46,852 bases of DNA from positions 1 through 46,852 of the forward strand of contig JAPLVB010000006.1 of assembly GCA_026397335.1 (NCBI GenBank), read 5' to 3'. The DNA comes from Candidatus Aenigmatarchaeota archaeon (lineage in GTDB: Archaea > Aenigmatarchaeota > Aenigmatarchaeia > QMZP01). Each line of letters begins with the position of its first letter. Within the stretch, counting starts at the first letter, position 1. Shown here piece after piece: positions 30,759 through 40,257 of this stretch. Made by a program: the position numbers and the translations under genes. The notes under the pieces were generated by a model. It was not told the origin of the DNA and did not search any database. It was given only the letters and a program-made list of their open reading frames with translations.

Positions 30759-31085
30759 TTAACTGTATTTCTTCACAATAGAGATTATCTTCTTCTTGTC
30801 ATCGTCCGAGATGTTGGCAACCTAATTCGCAAAGAGAACCCTGAGCTCCTCAAGGTCCTGAGGCATGTGGTTTATTATGGAAACAATATGCTTCTCCTTT
30901 AGCCTCTCTATCTTCCCCAGCTCTTCAGCCATCTCTGTCGCTGCTTTTTCAGACAGCTTTGAGAATTTCCTGAGATGTTCCAGGGCGTTCTTCTGCTCGT
31001 AGCTCAGCTCCTTCTCTTTCTCCTTCTTTTCAAGCGTTTTCTTTATCAAAGGCCATGCGATGAATTTCTCGTTCTCGATTTTCAT
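30759..31085 (-). CDS. rpo4: RNA polymerase subunit Rpo4 (F), with an in-frame TAG at 30822-30824
   Basis: ELSYEQKNALEHLRKFSKL. Reading through TAG gives the expected C-terminal helix VANISDDDKKKIISIVKKYS-TAA. Synteny is eL21-Rpo4-DUF655. Confidence 0.88.
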
Positions 31086-31113
31086 AAAATCACGGAATCA
31101 ATTAAACAATTAT

Positions 31114-31401
31114 TTATCTGGCAGGCTTTAAATGTTCAGGCCTGAGCATGAGTATCTTTTCTTTGTCCCCCAGCTTTATGCTCACCACATATGCCTGCCC
31201 CCTCTTTTTCACAATCACTCCTGTCTTCCCTTTGTACCTGTAATGGGGTATGTTCTTGGTTGAGGAAGGTTCCACATCTATCATTACCCTCTGCTTTGGA
31301 TGGAACTCCGTGAGATACTTCTCAACAGTAAACTTGGCCCTGTGCGGCTTCTTGAACTTCCTTCTTGTCCCGGTCCTGAAACCTCTTCCTGATCTTGACA
31401 T
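31114..31401 (-). CDS. rpl21e: 50S ribosomal protein eL21
   Basis: SGRGFRTGTRRKF, PHYRYKGKTG, RPEHLKP. Confidence 0.93.
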   Translation of the reverse strand: MSRSGRGFRTGTRRKFKKPHRAKFTVEKYLTEFHPKQRVMIDVEPSSTKNIPHYRYKGKTGVIVKKRGQAYVVSIKLGDKEKILMLRPEHLKPAR

Positions 31402-31454
31402 AACTCACACCATAACAATATACCTGGTTAATTGTATGCTTTCTATTTAAATCC

Positions 31455-32684
31455 TTATTTTGCTCGTGAGCTCCCCGCGGGAAGGTGTATTTTGACGACG
31501 TCAAGCTCCTCTGTTCTGACTGGAGTCTCCAGCACGCTTGAGAAGGATGGCCTGGTCCTTCCATTGTCTCCTGACAGAAGCTCCTTTATGTAAAGGCCTG
31601 CCTCTCCCCTTATCATGAACTCCGCCCTGTTTTTCGGGAGGATCCTCCAGGAGAGGGATTTCACTTTCTTGGCCCTTGTCATGTCCGCCCTCCGGTGCGC
31701 CACGCGTGTTGGTGTCTGCTGCCTGACCATGGAGATGGATTTGAGCTTGCGGAGTTCGGATTCTGTCACGGGTTTCCCGAAAGAGGCCAGGACCCTGTAG
31801 GTCTTGTCAGGCATCAGGCTCTTTACTGTGACAACCTCCTTCCTGTCTGAATAACTCAGCTCCGAGACCTTTACCTTTTTTGTGCGGTTTATTTCCGCTT
31901 CCATTTTCCTGAGGGGGAGGATTCTCTTTCTGGGGGATTCTATCTCCAGAACGAAAGGCCTCCAGTCCAGGCAGCGCGCATCTATGTCCTCCCTTCCGGC
32001 AGCATGCATAGAATGCGCTTTCCCTTCTGATTCGCGCATGAAAGGCTTTGCGATTATGTCCTCTACAGTCTCCTTGTACATCTCCCATTTTGTCTGCGGG
32101 ATTCCCCTCACAAGCTTCTGGTATCTCCCGTAAATGAAAAGGGGATTCACATTCACACTCAGCAAATTTTTCTCCAGGTCAAGCATTATAGTGATGTCAG
32201 GACTCTTCTCGTCCGGATTCTTTCCCGTTTTCTCAGCCACGAGCTTTCCCAGCTCCCTGTTAAGCTCGGATTTCATTGGCTCGCAATACTCTATCCCTAT
32301 ATCCTCCCAGAGATTCTCTTCATTCCGGATGAGGATTCTGCTCATGCTGCTGGAAACCAAAAAGGTCCTGTACTCCAGTGGCCTGAGCTTTTTCACAGCC
32401 TCATCAGCCCATTTTCCAAGGCTGTCAAAAAGTCCTCCGCATATTTTGCACTGCTCTTTCTCCTTTTTGGTTTCAGGCTTTACCTTCCTGAAATTGAACC
32501 CCAAGAAATTGGATTTCTCAGTGGGGAAAGGCTTTACCGCGTACTCGAGGGCGAGGGCTGTGCGGATAGCATGCCCCCTCTCCCTGTTGGTCATTCCCGA
32601 GAGAATCTGGCCGAACTGTCTTCCAAGGCAGTTATCACAAACATATCCCTTCTGGAGGATTTCCCTTGCTGTTTCTGAAATCAT
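31455..32684 (-). CDS. pus10: tRNA pseudouridine 54/55 synthase Pus10
   Basis: CDNCLGRQF, GREDIDARCL, QQTPTRVAHRRAD, GLYIKEL. Confidence 0.95.
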   Translation of the reverse strand: MISETAREILQKGYVCDNCLGRQFGQILSGMTNRERGHAIRTALALEYAVKPFPTEKSNFLGFNFRKVKPETKKEKEQCKICGGLFDSLGKWADEAVKKLRPLEYRTFLVSSSMSRILIRNEENLWEDIGIEYCEPMKSELNRELGKLVAEKTGKNPDEKSPDITIMLDLEKNLLSVNVNPLFIYGRYQKLVRGIPQTKWEMYKETVEDIIAKPFMRESEGKAHSMHAAGREDIDARCLDWRPFVLEIESPRKRILPLRKMEAEINRTKKVKVSELSYSDRKEVVTVKSLMPDKTYRVLASFGKPVTESELRKLKSISMVRQQTPTRVAHRRADMTRAKKVKSLSWRILPKNRAEFMIRGEAGLYIKELLSGDNGRTRPSFSSVLETPVRTEELDVVKIHLPAGSSRAK

Positions 32685-32737
32685 GGGTATAATTTCGGGT
32701 TATGGGAATATAAACAATTTTCAGTGTGCAACGCCTA

Positions 32738-33388
32738 TTATTTTTTTCCCATCCCGTCAATGATTTGCGTTACGATGCCGTAAACGCTTTTCATATCTTT
32801 TGCGATTTCCTGAACTGCTTCAAGCCTGTCAGCCTCTCCCAACAAATAAGTCGTGGCTGCTTCAGTATAATTGGGATAACCGTATCTCCAATCCATAAAT
32901 CCCTCATCTGTTGCGAAAATCTGCTTCTTTATATCATAACATTTTTTCAGGATTTGTTTTCCGTGAAACTTCAGATTCAGAAAGAATGGTGTTGTAACGC
33001 CTTCCTTGAACATTTCGTAGAAAGGCATGGTAGACCAAGCGCCATACAGGGTGAGGTATCCCCCGAAGTGATCGGGTATTGTCTCATTATGAAAAAAGAA
33101 ATTGTATCCTTCAACAGGCATGTCATAATAGCCGCAAGTCATTGTATTTTGATTTTCTCTTGCTTCAAGATATTTCCTGATTTTTTCAGGGTCCTTCCTT
33201 TCCAGCACACCAAGCAGATTGTCCATTGCCCTGATTTCTCGCGGAATCCATCGATATTTTTCTTCTTTACCAATCCACTCCTTGAGTTTTCCATATTGTT
33301 CCAGAAGCTCTTCTTCGGAAAATCTCCTGAGATAAAGTTCATCAAATGCCTTTATAGTTTCGCCAAGCCCGTTCATGTTTACCAACAT
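32738..33388 (-). CDS. Hypothetical protein
   Basis: 216-aa ORF, co-oriented and closely spaced with its neighbours. Confidence 0.6.
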   Translation of the reverse strand: MLVNMNGLGETIKAFDELYLRRFSEEELLEQYGKLKEWIGKEEKYRWIPREIRAMDNLLGVLERKDPEKIRKYLEARENQNTMTCGYYDMPVEGYNFFFHNETIPDHFGGYLTLYGAWSTMPFYEMFKEGVTTPFFLNLKFHGKQILKKCYDIKKQIFATDEGFMDWRYGYPNYTEAATTYLLGEADRLEAVQEIAKDMKSVYGIVTQIIDGMGKK

Positions 33389-33393
33389 TAGAA

Positions 33394-34740
33394 TTAAGCT
33401 ACTGTATCTTGCTGCTCCTCTTTCGCATCCTCAGGAACCACTATGCTCACCTTCTTCCCGCTGGTCTTGTAGATTATGTCCTCTAACTCTTGTTTCTGCC
33501 TCTCCATCTCCTTCCTTATGTTCTCCTTGTCCTTGGCAGAGGCGCCAAGTATCTTCTCAAGCGAGGCTATCTCCTCAAGAGACCGCTTTATGTTGTTCTC
33601 CAGATGACTCTTTCTCTCGACAACCCATTCATAGCGGTTCCTGTCCCTCTCCAGGTCCTTCAGCTCGTCTTCAAGCTCCTGGAAACCGATCTTGAGTTCC
33701 TTTATGTCACTATCAAGCCTTGAGATTATCTCGTCTGTCCTTTCCCTCTCTTTGTCCTTAAGGACTATTCTTTCCTCCATGCTTGCCTTTCTCACAAGAA
33801 GCAGCACATCTTTGAGCCTGTTCTCCTCATTCTTTTCAAGCGTCTCGAAAGGCCTGTTTATTATCCCGTCAAGTATGAGCTCCTGCTCCTTGATTATGGG
33901 GTAGTTCTTGCTCACTAGATATTCCAGCTTCTTAAGCGGCCTCTGTACTGAAGCGAATTCCTCCGTGACCTTTTCCTTTATTGCGGATGACTTCTTCCTG
34001 TTCTTTTCAATCTGCTCCACTATCTTGTTATACTCTGCATACTCGTGGCCTTTGATAATTTCCTCTATCTCGGCAAGATTCTTTTCAGTTCTGTTCCTCA
34101 GCTCCCTTATGCGCACCTCTATCCCGCTCTCCTCTTTCTCAACAGTGGTGAGCCTGAGCTTGAGCATGGACTGCTGCTCCTTCTTGGAATTTATGCTGTG
34201 CGCGAGCTGGATGGTCTCGCCCTCGCTCTCAAGGAACTCCTTAAGGACAGAAAGCCTCTCCTGCGTATCTTTTATGTTATCTATCACGCCCGAACTCTCC
34301 TTTCCAAAATAAGTGGAAAGCAGGTATGCCTGCTTGGGGGTTATGCTGCTCATATCGCCAAGCGCGTCCCCCGCGCTCTCCTGGAACTCATTCAGGACCT
34401 TCACGTCTATGGGCCTTCCTTGGAAACCCTGCACTGTATTCACAAGGTTATGTACCCTCTTGACGAAAAGGTCCTTGGTCATGTTCACAACCGCGCCTAT
34501 TTTCTCATCGCTCTCGAACTTTGCAGTCTCAAGCAAATCCGCAGAATCCTTTATTCTCGCGAACCCTTTCATCACTTCAGAATAGAGCTCATTCGCTTTC
34601 TCGTGCCTGTCCTTTATCTTTCCTGCCAGAGTCTGGTTTATCCAGTCATGCACCTCGTCTATGTGCACTTCAGTAGGAGCTGCTTCCTCAGGAGGCTTTT
34701 CCTTCTCCTTCTTCCTTTTGAAGAAATCGCGTATTCCCAT
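33394..34740 (-). CDS. Long coiled-coil hypothetical protein
   Basis: E/K-rich heptad composition; likely start MGIRDFFKRKK at 34740. Confidence 0.75.
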   Translation of the reverse strand: MGIRDFFKRKKEKEKPPEEAAPTEVHIDEVHDWINQTLAGKIKDRHEKANELYSEVMKGFARIKDSADLLETAKFESDEKIGAVVNMTKDLFVKRVHNLVNTVQGFQGRPIDVKVLNEFQESAGDALGDMSSITPKQAYLLSTYFGKESSGVIDNIKDTQERLSVLKEFLESEGETIQLAHSINSKKEQQSMLKLRLTTVEKEESGIEVRIRELRNRTEKNLAEIEEIIKGHEYAEYNKIVEQIEKNRKKSSAIKEKVTEEFASVQRPLKKLEYLVSKNYPIIKEQELILDGIINRPFETLEKNEENRLKDVLLLVRKASMEERIVLKDKERERTDEIISRLDSDIKELKIGFQELEDELKDLERDRNRYEWVVERKSHLENNIKRSLEEIASLEKILGASAKDKENIRKEMERQKQELEDIIYKTSGKKVSIVVPEDAKEEQQDTVA

Positions 34741-34941
34741 AGCATTCGCCCTGCAACACCTAACTATCAAATCCGTTAAGGCGGAGAAGTTGGAACTTCA
34801 ATTGAAGTTGCTTTGCAACTTCCTTCTTTAGTTGCCAACTTCGAACTAACTTTCGCCTTGTTTAGAATATGGCAGAAAGACATTTATTCGGATGCAAGGC
34901 TTTTTTCCAAGCTTTATATCAAGCCAGACCGAATAATAATC

Positions 34942-36096
34942 ATGAAATCCACGCTGCTGGACGGCAATGCTGCGGCTGCATGGGGCGGACGGCTCGCGAG
35001 AGCCCAGGTGGTTCCAAACTTTCCTGTAACTCCCCAGACAGAGCTGATAGAGAAGTTTGCTGAATGGAAGGCCAAGGGTGAATGGAAGGGTGAGTTCCTT
35101 CCGATGGAATCTGAGCATAGTGTCCTGTCTGCTGCAATAGCTGCTTCTGTCACAGGGGCGAGAGTTTTCAGCGGCAGCTCCTCCCAGGGCCTCATGCTCA
35201 TGCACGAGATGGTTTATGTGGCCTCCGGGATGAGGGTTCCTGTTGTGATGATTAATGTCTCGCGCGCTTTATCAGCCCCCATCACACTCTGGCCGGATCA
35301 TAATGACATACTTGACCAAAGGGATTCAGGCTGGCTTATCTTCTTCTGCGAGAACAACCAGGAGGTTCTGGACACTGTAATACAGGCATACAAGATTTGC
35401 GAGGATGAGCGCGTTCTTTTGCCTGCGTTTGTGAACATGGAAGGGTTCGTGCTTTCCTATACAAGGGAGCCTACGGAGATACCCGAACAGAAAGCTGTCG
35501 ACCGCTTCCTTCCCAAGTACAAACCAAAAGTCTTTCTTGACCCGAAGAAGCCAATGGCTATAGGGATAGGAGTGATGAAGGAGTATCCTTACTTCCGGAG
35601 CCAGGTTTATCTGGCGCAGAAAAATGCAATGAAGGTTATACAGGAAGTCCACAGGGACTGGAAAAAGAAGTTCGGAAGGGAATACGGGTTTGTGGAAAAG
35701 TTCATGATGGAAGGCGCCCAGATCGCTCTTGTGAGTATGGGAGCGAACAGCTCAATCGCGAAAGCTGCTGTGAAAAGCCTGCGCTCAAAAGGGATTCTTA
35801 TCGGTCTCGTGAGAATAAGGGTGTACAGGCCTTTTCCCAAAGAGGAGATCAGGAAATCCCTCCAGGGGGTGGAGGCTGTTGGTGTTATAGACCAGAACCT
35901 TTCACCCGGATATGGGGGGATTGTATATCCTGAGATAAGGGATGTCCTTTACGACAGGAAAATCCCTGTGAGCGACTTCATAGTGGGGCTGGGAGGCAAG
36001 CAGATATCACAGCAGGAGTTCGAGCAGTTCGGGATGGAAGTGCTTAAATCCGTAAAAACCAAAAAAGACGTGATTCTTTGGCAGGCTGTGGACTGA
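34942..36096 (+). CDS. porA: Pyruvate/2-oxoacid:ferredoxin oxidoreductase alpha subunit
   Basis: LDGNAAAA, FPVTPQTE, ESEHS, SSQGLMLMHE and RPFP motifs; ATG at 34942. Confidence 0.92.
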   Translation: MKSTLLDGNAAAAWGGRLARAQVVPNFPVTPQTELIEKFAEWKAKGEWKGEFLPMESEHSVLSAAIAASVTGARVFSGSSSQGLMLMHEMVYVASGMRVPVVMINVSRALSAPITLWPDHNDILDQRDSGWLIFFCENNQEVLDTVIQAYKICEDERVLLPAFVNMEGFVLSYTREPTEIPEQKAVDRFLPKYKPKVFLDPKKPMAIGIGVMKEYPYFRSQVYLAQKNAMKVIQEVHRDWKKKFGREYGFVEKFMMEGAQIALVSMGANSSIAKAAVKSLRSKGILIGLVRIRVYRPFPKEEIRKSLQGVEAVGVIDQNLSPGYGGIVYPEIRDVLYDRKIPVSDFIVGLGGKQISQQEFEQFGMEVLKSVKTKKDVILWQAVD

Positions 36097-36137
36097 CGGT
36101 TTGAATAGATAGAAGCGTGGCCATGGCCTTATGGCGC

Positions 36138-36328
36138 TTATTTCATAAGTCTCAGGAATTCCTTCCTTTCCATCCTCAAATCCTTCTTTATGATTTTGTT
36201 CAGCAGGCCTCTGCATATTTCTTCTCCAGGATGGTTTGGTATAACTGTTGTCATCCGGGGATTCCAACCACCTCTGATATGAACCACCCGTCTTCATCCT
36301 GTTCTATGATGACGTTGAATGTTTCCAT
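36138..36328 (-). pseudogene. Collapsed hicB-hicA toxin-antitoxin remnant (HicB N-terminus 36328-36251 joined to HicA C-terminus 36254-36138)
   Basis: METFNVIIEQDEDGWFISEVVGIPG* is HicB-like; TTVIPNHPGEEICRGLLNKIIKKDLRMERKEFLRLMK* is HicA-like. Confidence 0.75.
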
Positions 36329-36395
36329 ATTTTATGGTTATGTCCGCTATTTATAAAGTAATGGTATAAAAAAGTAAAGCATGCGGAGTGGTTAT

Positions 36396-37271
36396 ATGAA
36401 GTACATAGTTACCGGCGGATGCGGGTTCATAGGAAGCAACCTTGTGAAGAGGCTTTCAAGAGACGGGAATGAAGTGGTTGTTATAGATAATCTTTCCACG
36501 GGGGCTGTTTCCAACCTTCCCGGAAAATTCACTGTTCTCAAAAAAATTTCAGAGATAAAAAAGGCGGACGACGCGGACGGGATATTCCATCTCGGAATCC
36601 CCTCTTCCACGCCCTTGTACAGGAATGACCGCTCCCTTGTAGGGAAGACCATAGCTGAATTCATAGATATTATGGAATACGCGAAAGAGAATAAGATCAG
36701 GATTGTTTATGCTTCCTCTTCTTCCGTCTATAACGGCAACAAGACCCCCTACAAGGAGGACATGCCCATTCTCGCGACAGACTTCTACACAGAAGCGCGA
36801 TACGCGATTGAGAGGCTGGCAAAGGTTTACTGGGATTTTTACAAAGTCCGCTCTGTCGGACTGCGCATGTTCAGCGTTTACGGGGAGAATGAAAAAAGCA
36901 AGGGGAGGTACGCGAATCTTGTTTCGCAGATAATATGGGCCAAGCGCGAGGGAACGAGATTTGACGTTTATAACAAGGGAGAGGCTGTAAGGGATTTCAT
37001 ACACGTATCGGATGTCGTGGAGGCTTACATAAAGGCCATGAACTCTGCACTGAACTGCGAGATTCTCAATATCGGCACTGGAAAAGCATATACAATAAAC
37101 CAGATCATGCAGGCTGTTGGCCTCAAGAACTACAGGTATGTGGAAAATCCCCTAAAAAACTATGTGGACAAGACCCTCGCTGACACAAGAAAGGCTGAGA
37201 GGCTTCTTGGCTTTGAGCCTAAAACAGACCTGATGGAATACCTGAAGAGATTTGGGAGTGAAGGCGCCTGA
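36396..37271 (+). CDS. NAD-dependent epimerase/dehydratase (extended SDR)
   Basis: TGGCGFIG, ASSSSVY, YTEAR (YxxxK variant), RDFIHVSD. Confidence 0.9.
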   Translation: MKYIVTGGCGFIGSNLVKRLSRDGNEVVVIDNLSTGAVSNLPGKFTVLKKISEIKKADDADGIFHLGIPSSTPLYRNDRSLVGKTIAEFIDIMEYAKENKIRIVYASSSSVYNGNKTPYKEDMPILATDFYTEARYAIERLAKVYWDFYKVRSVGLRMFSVYGENEKSKGRYANLVSQIIWAKREGTRFDVYNKGEAVRDFIHVSDVVEAYIKAMNSALNCEILNIGTGKAYTINQIMQAVGLKNYRYVENPLKNYVDKTLADTRKAERLLGFEPKTDLMEYLKRFGSEGA

Positions 37272-37305
37272 TGGCACCTTCCAACTAATTGCTATTTTTA
37301 ATATG

Positions 37306-37395
37306 TTAGGGCTTTATTCCAGGTATGGGCAGGTAAAGCCCTATGATGTAGCCTATTATGATTCCTATTATGAATGCGATTAGTGCCTTATTCAT
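37306..37395 (-). CDS. 29-aa single-TM small protein (not in the ORF track)
   Basis: AAGGAG RBS, then MNKALIAFIIGIIIGYIIGLYLPIPGIKP-TAA. Confidence 0.6.
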   Translation of the reverse strand: MNKALIAFIIGIIIGYIIGLYLPIPGIKP

Positions 37396-37447
37396 GATAT
37401 AACTCCTTATTTGATTAACGAAAGAAGGCGGAACATAAAATCCGCCT

Positions 37448-37933
37448 TCATTCTAATATCAGCGGCTGGGAAGCCTTCATTATCTTTATGCTGTCCTCTA
37501 TCTCCTGGATTTTTTCTATCAGAGGATCTATGTCAAACCCCTTGAAGTTGGTTTCGAGCCACTGGCTCTTGAGCTTCAGGCTCTCTATATCCTTGGTCAG
37601 GGATTTCATGTTCATCCTTTTCATCTCCTCCTCCAAGGATATTATCCTGCCTATGTCCTCTTTCAGGAATTTCACTTCGGCTTCCATCCTGTCAACCGCG
37701 TGCCTGTTCTTCTCCAGGTTCTCCTTCACCTCTTTGCTGAGGTTCTGGAATTCCCTGTAGAAATCGTTTTCCAGCGTCTGGATATTGGTCTGTGAAAGTG
37801 TTGAACGCTTGAGATTCTCGATTTCTATCTGCATGTCCCTTATTTCTCTGAGAATAGCAAGCTCCTTTTCGCTGGGTCTAAGATTTTCCTTGGGGGTTTG
37901 TTTTTTGGGAGCTGGAGGGATTTTCCTAGCCAT
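37448..37933 (-). CDS. Coiled-coil hypothetical protein
   Basis: 161-aa heptad-rich ORF. Confidence 0.7.
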   Translation of the reverse strand: MARKIPPAPKKQTPKENLRPSEKELAILREIRDMQIEIENLKRSTLSQTNIQTLENDFYREFQNLSKEVKENLEKNRHAVDRMEAEVKFLKEDIGRIISLEEEMKRMNMKSLTKDIESLKLKSQWLETNFKGFDIDPLIEKIQEIEDSIKIMKASQPLILE

Positions 37934-37979
37934 GAATATAATATGGGGAAACCCATTAAAATAATCTGGTGATCCAGCT

Positions 37980-38450
37980 TCAAAATTCCTGTGTCAGAAT
38001 GAATGTACTGCAAACCCCGTTATGAATTTTTATCTCCGTGGGTGTGCCTGCCAGATTTTCGGTTATGTTGGCCTCTATTACAGCAGACTGCCCTGGCTTG
38101 AGAGGGTTGTCCGGGGTTATCCCGTTCTTTGCAGGGAAGAACTTGTACCCCGCACCTTGGATATAAATCTGGAAGGAGAAGCTGTGCAGGTTTATCTGAC
38201 CTGTGTTCATTATTTTGGCTTTTAGCCACTCACTGGACCCTGAGAAATCCCAGTCCACCCCTGAATTGCCGAATGAGGAATCAAAATCATATGCTGTGCT
38301 CTGGCATGTAATCTGGTTGTCCGCATTTCCTCCTGTATTATTCACTTGCCTGCCCGCAAAGTTTATTGCCCAGGGTCCCACAAGCCCTGCTATCACGACT
38401 ATTAACCCTATCACGATTATTGTTGACAGCAGGACTGATACAGCTTTCAT
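37980..38450 (-). CDS. Archaeal type IV pilin-like protein
   Basis: MKA-VSVLLSTIIVIGLIVVIAGLV class III signal; NTGQINL and LKPGQ pilin-like motifs. Confidence 0.8.
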   Translation of the reverse strand: MKAVSVLLSTIIVIGLIVVIAGLVGPWAINFAGRQVNNTGGNADNQITCQSTAYDFDSSFGNSGVDWDFSGSSEWLKAKIMNTGQINLHSFSFQIYIQGAGYKFFPAKNGITPDNPLKPGQSAVIEANITENLAGTPTEIKIHNGVCSTFILTQEF

Positions 38451-39160
38451 GCCTGACTCCCTTCTATTGTAAGGAAATCTGCTCCTGATTCCAAGGTAAA
38501 GTTGAGGAAATAGTTCGCATAGCTCGAGCTCATGTATGCGGAAACTGTTGCATATGGCAAATCTGTCCCGGATTCCTCCATGACTGAATAACCTGTTCCT
38601 GATTTTGAGCTGTCTGAGTTGTCAAGATTCAGCTCCAGGGACTGGAAAGGCATCCACTGGTTAAGGTCTTTCTGATATATTGCAAGCAGCAGCTGGTTTG
38701 TATTATACGCTTGGGGACTGGAGGGTGAGCCTATCTTACGGAAGTATGCTCTCACATGCTCGTTCTCAACTATGTAGGCAGGAGTTCCTTGATAATCACC
38801 CTCATATGCGCTTGTCTCTAGTTTCGAGCCTAAAACCACGTTCCCGAAGCCTGTACTAGTTCTTGGGGAAGTAATCATGGTTTCAGAGTCAAAATCCCAG
38901 TAGAGTTTGTCTGAACTGCCATTCAGGGTGAGGGTGCCTATGTCAAACCTGAGATTAACAGTCCTTTTTGAGCCATTCCCCTCAGAAGCCACATCCTCCA
39001 CTATCTTGTCCATTTCGGAAAAGACGCCCTTCATCTTCTCCACAGCCGCAGCATGCTGCATCCTCAAAACCACAGGCATGCCCGCATTATAGACTATCAC
39101 GGTCACTGCAAGCGTCAGGCCTATAAAAATGACTGCTGATATAAGGGCGATGGCTTTCAT
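38447..39160 (-). CDS. Class III signal peptide (pilin-like) protein
   Basis: MKA-IALISAVIFIGLTLAVTVIVY; ATGA coupling to the next pilin. Confidence 0.7.
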   Translation of the reverse strand: MKAIALISAVIFIGLTLAVTVIVYNAGMPVVLRMQHAAAVEKMKGVFSEMDKIVEDVASEGNGSKRTVNLRFDIGTLTLNGSSDKLYWDFDSETMITSPRTSTGFGNVVLGSKLETSAYEGDYQGTPAYIVENEHVRAYFRKIGSPSSPQAYNTNQLLLAIYQKDLNQWMPFQSLELNLDNSDSSKSGTGYSVMEESGTDLPYATVSAYMSSSYANYFLNFTLESGADFLTIEGSQA

Positions 39161-39292
39161 GAATATTATGTTGGTTATCTTGGTTAATATGAATATACTC
39201 TCACCAAATTAAGAAAGAGCGACTTGTCACCTTCACTCAAGATTTAAACCAATTATTTATTATAAGTATGAAAAATATAGGTGTGCTTTGAC

Positions 39293-40240
39293 ATGAAAAT
39301 CTCAAGATTTTTCCCCTTAGTCGGAATAGCTATTTTTGCCTACTTGTTACTGAATATTGACATTGGGAAAATGCTGCAAATACTTTCAAGAGCGAATATC
39401 GGTTTGATTCTAACAATGATAACCCTTACCACTGTTACTGTTTTGCTAAAAGCCTACAAATGGGAAGTGCTTGTCCATCTGTATGACAGGAGCTATCCAC
39501 TTAAGGATTCTGCAAAGGCATGGACTATGGGATTTTCCTTAAGCTTGGTAACACCAGGGAGGCTTGGTGACTTGTCAAGGGCTTATTATGTCAAGGATAG
39601 GATAGGAATGGGCAAAGGCTTGACAACCGTCATAATCGATAGGGTCATAGATATAGCGATACTTTTTAGCCTCGCCATATTGGGATTCCTGAGCTTTGTG
39701 ACATTTTTCACAGAATATTCCAACTTATTTTTGACGGTTTCCGTATTGTTTGTTATTTTCATTCTGGCTGTCGTCGTTTTTACAAAAAAGAAATTAATGA
39801 AAATGATTTTCAAACCGGTCTTCTATAAGATTGCCCCGAAGAAACACAGGTCAACTATTAAAATGACTTTTGATGAATTTTATACAGGGCTTGACTCTGT
39901 CAAAAAGGGGAAAAGGAATGTGATCCTGTCAATTATGATAGGCGTTCTGGTTTGGATTATATCCATAATCCAATATTACCTGCTGGCGATGGCTATAAGT
40001 CTTAGCGTTCCTTTCCTGTTTTTACTTTCTATTATGCCCATAATCTCCCTCCTTGACATGCTTCCTATATCCTTTTCTGGAATAGGAACGAGGGACGCTG
40101 CCATGATATTGTTTTTCTCCTTCATTTCCATAGGTAAGGAGTATGCGATTTCCCTTTCGCTTCTGATCCTGCTCTTTGGATACTTTATGATAGGTCTTGT
40201 AGGAGCGGCCTTCCTGCTGAGGGGAGGAAGAAGTAAATGA
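39293..40240 (+). CDS. Flippase-like multi-TM protein (UPF0104/AglD2-like)
   Basis: TPGRLGDLSRAY, DRVID and PISFSGIGTRD motifs; many TM helices. Confidence 0.85.
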   Translation: MKISRFFPLVGIAIFAYLLLNIDIGKMLQILSRANIGLILTMITLTTVTVLLKAYKWEVLVHLYDRSYPLKDSAKAWTMGFSLSLVTPGRLGDLSRAYYVKDRIGMGKGLTTVIIDRVIDIAILFSLAILGFLSFVTFFTEYSNLFLTVSVLFVIFILAVVVFTKKKLMKMIFKPVFYKIAPKKHRSTIKMTFDEFYTGLDSVKKGKRNVILSIMIGVLVWIISIIQYYLLAMAISLSVPFLFLLSIMPIISLLDMLPISFSGIGTRDAAMILFFSFISIGKEYAISLSLLILLFGYFMIGLVGAAFLLRGGRSK

Positions 40241-40257
40241 TTAATAATTAAAAGCAG

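Noticed and set aside
3277-30824. Genome-wide TAG recoding (pyrrolysine or Gln)
   Set aside because: TAG ends several full-length genes at expected positions (ERCC4, pyrG, porD, CBS, DUF655), and ERCC4 readthrough would run far into antisense pyrG.
34813-34941. N-terminal extension of porA given by the ORF track
   Set aside because: It starts inside the nested palindrome and spans the TATA-like TTTATATC; homology begins at ATG 34942.
36251-36253. Selenocysteine TGA at the Cys position of HicB
   Set aside because: The sequence after TGA is HicA-like in another frame, so a deletion junction explains it better. No archaeal SECIS was recognised.
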